From an uncultured candidate division Zixibacteria bacterium (GTDB taxonomy: Bacteria > Zixibacteria > MSB-5A5 > GN15 > FEB-12), in contig OY760907.1 in the NCBI GenBank assembly GCA_963664195.1, forward strand, positions 2,048,001 through 2,112,000: a DNA stretch of 64,000 bases, read 5' to 3'. This document shows, piece after piece, positions 40,764 through 48,216 of this stretch (within the stretch, counting starts at the first letter, position 1; each line of letters starts with the position of its first letter). The notes beneath the pieces are model-generated. The model worked only from the letters and a program-made list of their open reading frames with translations. It searched no databases and was not told the origin of the DNA. The translations under genes were made by a program, and so were the position numbers.

Positions 40764-41315
40764 GTGACAGAGATGATGAGATCAGTATTGTGGACGTTTG
40801 TTGTGATATTGGCCTTCGGACTGGTGATTGGCTGTTCCTCGGAAGAGCCGAAGGAGGACACTGCCGGGGCAGTCGACCGAACCGGTACGACCGGCTCAGG
40901 GGCCGGTGTGGAGGCTATCCAGGAGTCATTGAACGAAGTTGTCGCCCGCTGGCACAGCGGTGATAAAGCCGTTCTCTATGACAACGAGTTTCCGTACCTG
41001 CGCGACGATCTTACTTTTGAGGATTATCTCGAAAACGAGCAGGTCCAGAGACTTGAGGCTGACTCCCTTGCGGCCATGAAAGTCAAGGACGTGCAGTTTT
41101 TTGGCGAGGACTCTGCGGCAGTCGATATCGACGTGATTTTTGTGGGACCGCTGGGGGATACTTCTCGTCTGGACAACAAGTATACGATGTACTATTATGG
41201 GGGACGCTGGCTGAGGCCTACCCTGAGCGAGTTTGTCAAGCAGGAAGAGCGTGAGGTTGATAGACGTATCGCAGATTCGGCCGCTGCGGCCGAGTCCGAC
41301 GATGAGGAGTGGTAA
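40764..41315 (+). CDS. Hypothetical lipoprotein (possible NTF2-like fold)
   Basis: Signal peptide with lipobox VIGC; acidic C-terminus; start may be 40773/40776. Confidence 0.7.
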   Translation: MTEMMRSVLWTFVVILAFGLVIGCSSEEPKEDTAGAVDRTGTTGSGAGVEAIQESLNEVVARWHSGDKAVLYDNEFPYLRDDLTFEDYLENEQVQRLEADSLAAMKVKDVQFFGEDSAAVDIDVIFVGPLGDTSRLDNKYTMYYYGGRWLRPTLSEFVKQEEREVDRRIADSAAAAESDDEEW

Positions 41316-41319
41316 GCGT

Positions 41320-41742
41320 ATGAGTTCGGCACTCATTTCACATGTTGGCATTGCCGTGAGTGATCTCGATGCGGCCATGAAGCAGTATGCGGTTTTGACA
41401 GGTAACGAGGCCGCAATGGTGACCGAAGTCGCAGAACAGAAGGTAAAGGTGGCGATGTTTGCCGCGGGGGATTCGCATGGATCCGGTGGCAGGGTAGAAT
41501 TGCTGATGCCGACCTCAGAGGACAGCCCGATCAGCGCCTTTCTCTCTCGCAAGGGTGACGGCCTACATCACCTGTGTATCTACTGCGATGACATTGAGTC
41601 CAAGTTGGCTGAATTGAAAGCTGCCGGTGTGCGGTTGATCGACGAAACGCCCAGGATTGGCGCCGAGGGCAACCGCATTGCATTCGTCCATCCCAAAGGG
41701 GCCAACGGTGTGTTGATTGAGTTGGAGGAGCGTTCGAAGTAG
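41320..41742 (+). CDS. mce: Methylmalonyl-CoA epimerase (VOC family)
   Basis: HVGIAV, VELLMP, GLHHLC, AFVHPKGANGVLIEL; start revised to 41320. Confidence 0.92.
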   Translation: MSSALISHVGIAVSDLDAAMKQYAVLTGNEAAMVTEVAEQKVKVAMFAAGDSHGSGGRVELLMPTSEDSPISAFLSRKGDGLHHLCIYCDDIESKLAELKAAGVRLIDETPRIGAEGNRIAFVHPKGANGVLIELEERSK

Positions 41743-41766
41743 CTTCGATCCGACAGCGAGCAACTA

Positions 41767-42519
41767 TCAGACCTGTAGCCGACCGCAACGGCGACAGGTC
41801 TTTTTGCTTTCGTGATTGAGGCGGCCGCATTCGCATTGCCAGAAATGTATGTCGTGGTGCGTGTCGCCCTCGAATCTTTTCGAGGTTCTCCGTCTGGCAA
41901 TGATCAGAAAGCCGATAGCGACCATTCCTGCCAGAAGCAGCCACCAGCCGAGCGGTTGTCCCTGACGCGGACCGTAGACGTCGGCCTCGTAGGCCCCGTC
42001 GTATTGTAAGTCACGCTGCACCTGCTTGATAGCGTCTTCTACAAGCGGGTACTTGGCCGAAGCGCTCTTGCCCCAGACAGTGAAGAGAATTTGGTGTCCC
42101 TCGGGGTGTCGGTAGATGATACCCTTGAGCCGATGTGTGAGAGGGGCGTCGCTGAGCGAGTCGGTGGAGGTGAACTCGACAACGAAGCCGGTCCGATAGC
42201 CGTCGTTGAATCCGGTCGAGGTCAGCAGTTTGCCGTCCGGCAGCATGAGGATGACCTCGTTGATGACGCCGTCGACCGATTTTCGCAACGCCGCAGGATC
42301 ATCGACGATTTCGCCCCCCGTGATGTTAGTGCGGAAGAGCAGTATTTCGGCGCCGTCTTCACCAAAAACCAATTGGAAGGGGAAAGTCAGGCTCTCGGAT
42401 CCGAGCAGCCATCCTTCCGGCAGGGGGACGAGAACGTCGCCGTCGAGCCTTACATGACCGGCCGCGAGAACCGTCGAACAGGCTGTCAGACATACGAATA
42501 TGATGATCATCGTTCTCAT
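41767..42519 (-). CDS. Hypothetical membrane-anchored protein with C-terminal cytoplasmic Cys4 zinc finger
   Basis: Signal peptide, periplasmic domain, TM helix, WQCECGRLN...CRRCG. Confidence 0.75.
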   Translation of the reverse strand: MRTMIIIFVCLTACSTVLAAGHVRLDGDVLVPLPEGWLLGSESLTFPFQLVFGEDGAEILLFRTNITGGEIVDDPAALRKSVDGVINEVILMLPDGKLLTSTGFNDGYRTGFVVEFTSTDSLSDAPLTHRLKGIIYRHPEGHQILFTVWGKSASAKYPLVEDAIKQVQRDLQYDGAYEADVYGPRQGQPLGWWLLLAGMVAIGFLIIARRRTSKRFEGDTHHDIHFWQCECGRLNHESKKTCRRCGRLQV

Positions 42520-42593
42520 GATTAGGTGATCGACAACAGATCGCAGTCAGATAACCCCTCTTGTGATAATGACAAACCAGCGTACTTGATTGG

Positions 42594-42920
42594 CTAAATC
42601 CCCGGAAAATGTCTGTTCAGGCAATGACGGACTTTCTGAACGTGCTCGCGTATGAACGTCTCACGATCGATCTCCGGCCGATAAACGTAGCTTCTTCCGT
42701 CTTTGACCCGGGAGAGAAAGCCTTTCCCGGAGAGTCTGGAAAGGACAGTCATGACGGTCGTATAGGCCTTCTGGCTGTCGCTGCCCAGAAAAAGCAGGGC
42801 GCGTTTAACCGTCAGCGATTCATGCTTCCAGGCCAGTTCCATGAGCCGGGCCTCGGTTGGTCCCAGAAATACCTCGATGCCGGCCGCGGAGGGATCGAAA
42901 TAGAACGAGCCGGCACTCAT
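42594..42920 (-). CDS. BlaI/MecI/CopY transcriptional repressor
   Basis: LGPTEARLMELAW, AYTTVMTVLSRL..KG, GRSYVY. Confidence 0.88.
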   Translation of the reverse strand: MSAGSFYFDPSAAGIEVFLGPTEARLMELAWKHESLTVKRALLFLGSDSQKAYTTVMTVLSRLSGKGFLSRVKDGRSYVYRPEIDRETFIREHVQKVRHCLNRHFPGI

Positions 42921-42921
42921 A

Positions 42922-43077
42922 TCACCGGCGTTTGCGACGGGCGCTGAATACCAGATCGACACCCAGCGCTATTATGGCCAGAGGCCAGAGATAGTCCCAG
43001 ATGCCTCCGTGGATAACGCCAAGCCGTTCAAGGATCATCAGGCCTCCGACCAACAGCAACAGTACACCAACAAACAA
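42922..43077 (-). CDS. Small two-TM protein (DUF5668/LiaI-like), 51 aa
   Basis: TTG start after AAGGAGG; LFVGVLLLLVGGLMILERLG...YLWPLAIIALG; stop lies 1 nt before the blaI ATG. Confidence 0.75.
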   Translation of the reverse strand: MFVGVLLLLVGGLMILERLGVIHGGIWDYLWPLAIIALGVDLVFSARRKRR

Positions 43078-43162
43078 GACGACCTCCTTGGGGATGTAAG
43101 TTGCAGACAGTATACGTACAGGATCATTACGATGGCAAGCACAAGAAGTATGGGGGATATCG

Positions 43163-43191
43163 AAAAACCCCCGCCTTTGAGGAGGCGGGGG
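43163..43191 (-). terminator. Intrinsic terminator
   Basis: CCCCCGCCT-cctcaa-AGGCGGGGG-TTTTT on the minus strand. Confidence 0.8.
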
Positions 43192-43229
43192 AGTGACCGA
43201 CCTTGTGTGATTTGCCTTTTGGGCAAATG

Positions 43230-43730
43230 CTATTTCGCGTGTTCGTACTTGTACTCGACCTTCTCCTTTGCTAGCGTTTTCATCTCTTCGTTGCTGCGTG
43301 TCGCCCATTGTTGGACCTCGTCGATGACATCGGGATCGCTTGAAGTCATCAGCGTGACGCTACCGTGCTTGGTCGGTACTATCTCGTATTTGAGACCTTG
43401 AGTGAACATGGAATTGAGGCTGCTGCACATTTTGCAGAGATGCACTTTTTCTCCTTTTTCCAGCCTGGCGCCTACAGCTTCCATGTCCTTGCTGGCCTCT
43501 TTGTACGCTTTCATGTACGGTTCCCTGACCGTACACACGGTCACGACGCCATTTTCGATGTTGTGGCGCTCAACGGTCATGTTGTCCATCAGCCCCTTGT
43601 GTGCCGCCAGCGTTTTGCACATCTCGCATGATGACATGTCGATCCACTTCTCATCTCCGGCACCGACGGACGAGGCTATTGCAGTCAGCCCGAATACGAG
43701 TATCAAGGCGACTCTCGCTGCATTGTTCAT
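43230..43730 (-). CDS. Secreted hypothetical protein with two CxMC motifs
   Basis: Signal peptide; CEMC and CKMC; AAGGGAG RBS. Confidence 0.75.
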   Translation of the reverse strand: MNNAARVALILVFGLTAIASSVGAGDEKWIDMSSCEMCKTLAAHKGLMDNMTVERHNIENGVVTVCTVREPYMKAYKEASKDMEAVGARLEKGEKVHLCKMCSSLNSMFTQGLKYEIVPTKHGSVTLMTSSDPDVIDEVQQWATRSNEEMKTLAKEKVEYKYEHAK

Positions 43731-43970
43731 CTGTACACTCCCTTGTTTCAGTCTACTGACCGGGTTAGAATAAATACGGATTCTATTGCACTATCGGGTG
43801 ACTAAAAGACTGCCCGTCGGTATCGGAGGGCGACGCTGGTGCGGTGCGGTAACTGCATGTGAAAGAGACGCTTACGCGCATTATGCGACCGACTGCCGGC
43901 CGTTGAGTTGCGACCGGCCTTGACAGAATGGGCTTGTTGGAGTTGATTCAACTGATATGCACGAGGGAAC

Positions 43971-45104
43971 ATGAGAGTACTTGCATTAGAACCGTACCAC
44001 GGCGGCAGCCATCGGGCGTTTCTCGATGGCTGGTCGTCGGTCAGTCGCCACAGTTGGTCTGTGATCGGTTTGCCGCCCCATCAGTGGAAATGGCGTATGC
44101 GCCACGCACCGCTTACGCTTTCCGATATCGTGAACGAACGTGCTGCCGGGGGAGAAAGTTGGGACGTCCTGTTTTGCTCGGATATGCTCAGTCTGGCCGA
44201 ATTCAAGGGCCTGGTCGACCCCGAGGTGGCCAAGCTTCCGGCCGTAGCCTACTTCCACGAGAACCAACTAACGTATCCCGTGCGTCGCGAGTCGGAACGA
44301 GATATACACTTTGCATTTACGAACTTTACAACCGCACGGGCGGCCGACGAAGTCTGGTTCAATAGCGAGTTTCATCGGCAGGAGTTCCTGCAGGCACTTC
44401 AAAGTCTTTTGGCGCGCATGCCTGACTTCACGTGGAGTGAGACGCTCAGCGAGATCAAAGACAAGTCAGTCGTGCGTTCTCAGGGCATCAGCCCGGTTGC
44501 GTCTAACGCCGGCGTCCGCGCGAAGCCGCCGCTCATTCTCTGGGCGGCTCGCTGGGAGCACGACAAAAATCCGGAAATGTTCTTCAAGGCGATATCTTTG
44601 CTGAGTTCGGAAGCGAAGGTGTTTCGGGTCAGTGTGATAGGCGAATCATTTCGCGAGGTGCCGCCGGTTTTTCAGACTGCCAGGAAGCTACTGGGTGAAC
44701 GTGTTGTCAGGTGGGGTTATCAGGAGAATCGACAGGACTACGAGACCGCACTGGCTGAGGCGGACATCATAGTGTCGACTGCCGACCACGAATTCTTTGG
44801 TGTCAGTGCCGTTGAGGCGATATCCGCGGGTGCGTATCCGTTACTCCCGCATCGGCTGGCATATCCGGAAGTTCTTGGCACCAAAGGCGGAAGGGCCAAC
44901 GGTCAGTTCTTCTATGACGGCAGCCTTGAGCAGCTTGTACGCAGGTTGGATGGATTGCTGACCCTTGCGGAGCACGACAATCTCTGGGAGGGCAGTCCTG
45001 ATCGGGCATGCTCTTTAGTCGAGAGGTATTATTGGGAAAACCTTGTACCGGAACTGGATGACGGTCTTGACCGGCTTGCCGGGGGGGACGATAGCGCCAG
45101 ATGA
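43971..45104 (+). CDS. DUF3524 plus GT-B glycosyltransferase (GTDC1/QTMAN-like)
   Basis: LEPYHGGSH, WKWRMR, YFHENQLTYP, FNSEFH, RWEHDKNPE, STADHEFFG, RLAYPE. Confidence 0.85.
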   Translation: MRVLALEPYHGGSHRAFLDGWSSVSRHSWSVIGLPPHQWKWRMRHAPLTLSDIVNERAAGGESWDVLFCSDMLSLAEFKGLVDPEVAKLPAVAYFHENQLTYPVRRESERDIHFAFTNFTTARAADEVWFNSEFHRQEFLQALQSLLARMPDFTWSETLSEIKDKSVVRSQGISPVASNAGVRAKPPLILWAARWEHDKNPEMFFKAISLLSSEAKVFRVSVIGESFREVPPVFQTARKLLGERVVRWGYQENRQDYETALAEADIIVSTADHEFFGVSAVEAISAGAYPLLPHRLAYPEVLGTKGGRANGQFFYDGSLEQLVRRLDGLLTLAEHDNLWEGSPDRACSLVERYYWENLVPELDDGLDRLAGGDDSAR

Positions 45105-45940
45105 AGATGACTCCCGGCGTCAAGTACATCATCCTATCTACGATCTTCTTTGCGTTTATGAACATCGGGGTCAAGTACCTTGAGAATATCCCTGCCCATG
45201 AAGTCGTATTCTTTCGAGCGCTGGTGTCGTTGATCGTATGCTACGGTATGGTGCGGGCAAAAGGATTGAATCCGTGGGGGAACAACAGGCCGATACTCAT
45301 TGCCAGGGGACTCGCCGGTACTGCTGCATTGACGATGTATTTCTACACCTTGCAGCACATGCCGCTGGCCAGCGCGGTGACTATCCAGTATCTCAACCCG
45401 ATTTTCACTATCATCATTGCCGGTGTGATGCTCAAAGAGACCACCAGATGGGTTCAATGGGTGTTCTTTCTCGTGTCGTTTACCGGGATACTGCTTATAA
45501 AGGGATTCGATCCGAGAGTGTCGCCGTTTTATCTCTTACTCGGAGTGGCGGCGGCTGTCTGTTCCGGATTCGCCTACAATTTCATTCGGAAGCTCAAAGA
45601 TGAGGACCACCCGTTGGTGGTCGTGTTTTACTTTCCGCTGGTGACGGTGCCGATTATCGGTTACTACACGCTTACGCACTGGGTGCAGCCCAACCTGAGC
45701 GAGTGGCTGATCCTGATCGGGATTGGTCTCGCGGTGACGGTCGCACAGGTCTATATGACCAAGGCGTACCAGCTTGAGCGGGCTGCCAATGTCAGTAATT
45801 TCAACTACCTGGGGACTGTGTACGCAATTCTCCTCGGTTTCTTTTTGTTTGGCGAGACGGTCAGCCTATTGGCTTTCGGTGGGATGGCGCTCATCGTTTT
45901 TGGTGTTATGATGGGATCACGTTTCCGTCAGCCGTCATAA
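45101..45940 (+). CDS. DMT/EamA family transporter
   Basis: About ten TM helices, EVVFFRA, duplicated EamA pattern; ATGA overlap with the glycosyltransferase. Confidence 0.9.
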   Translation: MKMTPGVKYIILSTIFFAFMNIGVKYLENIPAHEVVFFRALVSLIVCYGMVRAKGLNPWGNNRPILIARGLAGTAALTMYFYTLQHMPLASAVTIQYLNPIFTIIIAGVMLKETTRWVQWVFFLVSFTGILLIKGFDPRVSPFYLLLGVAAAVCSGFAYNFIRKLKDEDHPLVVVFYFPLVTVPIIGYYTLTHWVQPNLSEWLILIGIGLAVTVAQVYMTKAYQLERAANVSNFNYLGTVYAILLGFFLFGETVSLLAFGGMALIVFGVMMGSRFRQPS

Positions 45941-46029
45941 TGATTGCGTTTTGGGCTCAGGTAGTTCTGAATCTTCCCCGCCATTCAGCCGATAACAAGA
46001 GAAAGAATCAGATTTGTAGGGGCTGAGCT

Positions 46030-46329
46030 GTGGGTATATTTTCTAAAAAAGACGACAAAAAGGCGGTTGATCCGGTAACACTTGATAAATCGGTGTACGT
46101 CTCCGATGCGAGGATTGACCGGGCCGGTAACGGCTGGAAGCGCAAGAGCCTTTGGATCAGGCAGGAGCATCTGGGCAAGCTCAAAGCATTGGGACATTTC
46201 GAGGGGAAGACCGTTCCCGAACTGCTCGACCGTGCGTTGAGTGAGTTTCTGGCCAAGGAGTGGGATGATTCTAGAGCCATGAAGCTGGTTGTGGGCAAGT
46301 CAATCAAGAAAAAGACGGTAAATATCTAG
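46030..46329 (+). CDS. Small hypothetical protein with ribbon-helix-helix-like C-terminus
   Basis: GTG start; KRKSLWI...LKALGHFEGKTVPELLDRALSEFL. Confidence 0.6.
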   Translation: MGIFSKKDDKKAVDPVTLDKSVYVSDARIDRAGNGWKRKSLWIRQEHLGKLKALGHFEGKTVPELLDRALSEFLAKEWDDSRAMKLVVGKSIKKKTVNI

Positions 46330-46510
46330 CGTGATTTTCTAGCGGAACTCCATCTAACGTGTCCTTTCTTCTGAAGATCTCCCGGTGGGGCTAGGATGCA
46401 CTGTTTTTGTGCGCGACAGTCTGGGGTTCGCACAGTTACTGTGCGCTAACGTAGCTCGCGATATCTATAAACGCTGCTTATTGCGTTGTTAAGCAACGAG
46501 TTGCGATCTG

Positions 46511-46526
46511 CGGCATGTCGTTTGCT
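46511..46526 (+). promoter_or_regulatory. Sigma54 (-24/-12) promoter
   Basis: cGGCAtGtcgtTTGCT matches TGGCACG-N4-TTGCW spacing. Confidence 0.6.
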
Positions 46527-46613
46527 GTGTGATGGTCAATTAAACAGCCGGTAGCATGTCCGGCGCATCACAACTTTAGATAAATATCCTGTGTGAATGC
46601 AGGGGAGGCCACA

Positions 46614-47309
46614 ATGGACTTTCGAATTTCTGCGCTGGCTCGCGTGTTTGCCATTGCCGCTGGTGCGATTTTGCTATTTGCGGGTTTGTGTACCGGTACA
46701 GACACGAACTCTTTGAAAAAGGGATCATGGGCGATGCAATTCCAGATCACCGACGACTTCAATCTCGACTCTTTTCAGGGTAGCACCCTGTCACTCAAGA
46801 AGCACACTTCCGATGGCAAAGCTTGGCGGATGGGGATGACGCTGGATTTCAGCACCAATGACCGTGAAGACGAGATATTCTATGACGACACCCTGAGCAA
46901 CTCCCAGGATCAGGAGGCTAACGGCCAGTATGTTCAACTGTCGATTCAACGAGTTTTCTACTCACGTCCCGGTAACAGGGCGAGCTTGTTCTACGGGCTG
47001 GGTCCCATGGCGAGCTATCGTCACACCGAGACGACCAGGACTACTGACACGTACGGGGGGCAGACGGACGAGAACGATTCCAAGGACTGGTCGGCAGGAT
47101 TGGCCGGTTTCGTTGGAGTAGAGTGGTTCGCGACCGAAAGCATCAGCATTCTGGCCGAGTACGGTGCTGCGTTCACCTACCACCACTCGGATAGAACCAC
47201 AATGTCGCGGAGGGCCGACCCCGATCAGAGCAGAAGGAACGAGAGTGAGACACACGGCTACGATTTTGATCCCGCTGCAATAAAACTCGGTTTGTCAGTG
47301 TATTTCTAA
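46614..47309 (+). CDS. Outer-membrane beta-barrel protein
   Basis: GGAGG RBS before ATG 46614; signal peptide; GFVGVEWF, SISILAEY, C-terminal KLGLSVYF. Confidence 0.8.
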   Translation: MDFRISALARVFAIAAGAILLFAGLCTGTDTNSLKKGSWAMQFQITDDFNLDSFQGSTLSLKKHTSDGKAWRMGMTLDFSTNDREDEIFYDDTLSNSQDQEANGQYVQLSIQRVFYSRPGNRASLFYGLGPMASYRHTETTRTTDTYGGQTDENDSKDWSAGLAGFVGVEWFATESISILAEYGAAFTYHHSDRTTMSRRADPDQSRRNESETHGYDFDPAAIKLGLSVYF

Positions 47310-47331
47310 CGTTGGGCGCGCGAGTTTTTTT

Positions 47332-47363
47332 CGAACCTTATCTCGGACTGTGCGTTTAATGAG
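47332..47363 (+). promoter_or_regulatory. ECF-sigma-type promoter
   Basis: CGAAC-cttatctcggactgtg(16)-CGTT-TAATGAG. Confidence 0.55.
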
Positions 47364-47519
47364 GTACACAAGAAAGGAGGTGGTCTTATTAGATATACAA
47401 AAACATGTGAGGTGACTGATACTTAGTCGCCACCTCGACAAACTTATGTTGGGGAAGCGCTAAGTAAATCCCAACAGTTTACCGGCCTGACGGTTTCATA
47501 GAGACCGTCAGGTTTTTTT
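47362..47519 (+). ncRNA. Candidate structured small RNA or microprotein mRNA (~155 nt)
   Basis: Promoter upstream; AAAGGAGGTG; hairpins GAGGTG..CACCTC and TGTTGGG..CCCAACA; terminator at the end. Confidence 0.5.
47486..47519 (+). terminator. Intrinsic terminator
   Basis: CCTGACGGT-ttcatagag-ACCGTCAGG-TTTTTTT. Confidence 0.85.
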
Positions 47520-47555
47520 GTGGGCGAAACAAGTATCCCTGGGTCAAGCGGGAGC

Positions 47556-47730
47556 TGTGAGGCCGGGGCAGACGAGGGCGTCTGCCGCCCACAACAGAAG
47601 TTGTGAGGCCGGGGCAGATTATCATCTGCCGCCCACAGAATTCTAAGGTCAAGCAGTAGCTATGACCGGCACGGTTCCATCCCTGCCGCATATCACGGGA
47701 CGCCGTCAGGGGTGGAACCCCGACGATCAC
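47556..47730. repeat. REP/BIME-like cluster
   Basis: Two direct copies of TGTGAGGCCGGGGCAGA..TCTGCCGCCCACA (47556-47593, 47602-47637), then two hairpins with TTCCA/TGGAA loops. Confidence 0.72.
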
Positions 47731-47751
47731 AGGGCGGGATGTTGCGTTTCT

Positions 47752-48216
47752 CTACCCGATTGCTTTCAACCGCTCGACCACAATCTCCGACACCTGTTCA
47801 AGCATTTTGCGGTCCATGTCCGAGAAATTGTGCGGGTTGTCCGAATCGATGTCGATCTCTCCGATGCAAGTCTCGCCGTCCATGAGCGGCACGACGATTT
47901 CCGACCGGGTACTAATTGAGCACGCAAGAAAACGCGGGTCGGACCGAACATCGTCAACGATAATACTCTCTTTTTTGAAAGCTGCCGCGCCACAGATACC
48001 GGCATCCAGTTCGATTTTGACGTGATCTGTTTTTGGACCGATATACGGACCGACTTCGAGAATACCATCCCGCATCATATAGAATCCGGTCCAATTGAAG
48101 TCTTCGGAGTAACCGTCGATCAACTCGGCCGCAGCCTGTAGTATTTCCGTTTCCGTATCGTAGGAGGCGATAGCGATTCTTATGTTGTCAACCAGCTGGC
48201 GTCGGTCGTTTTCCAT
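47752..48216 (-). CDS. GAF-domain protein, free methionine-(R)-sulfoxide reductase-like
   Basis: FNWTGFY, GICGAA, FLACS..TRSEIVVP, GEIDIDS. Confidence 0.8.
   Translation of the reverse strand: MENDRRQLVDNIRIAIASYDTETEILQAAAELIDGYSEDFNWTGFYMMRDGILEVGPYIGPKTDHVKIELDAGICGAAAFKKESIIVDDVRSDPRFLACSISTRSEIVVPLMDGETCIGEIDIDSDNPHNFSDMDRKMLEQVSEIVVERLKAIG

Noticed and set aside
47556..47637. Mini CRISPR array
   Set aside because: Only two units with an 8-nt spacer, variation inside the palindrome loop, and no cas genes; fits REP elements better.
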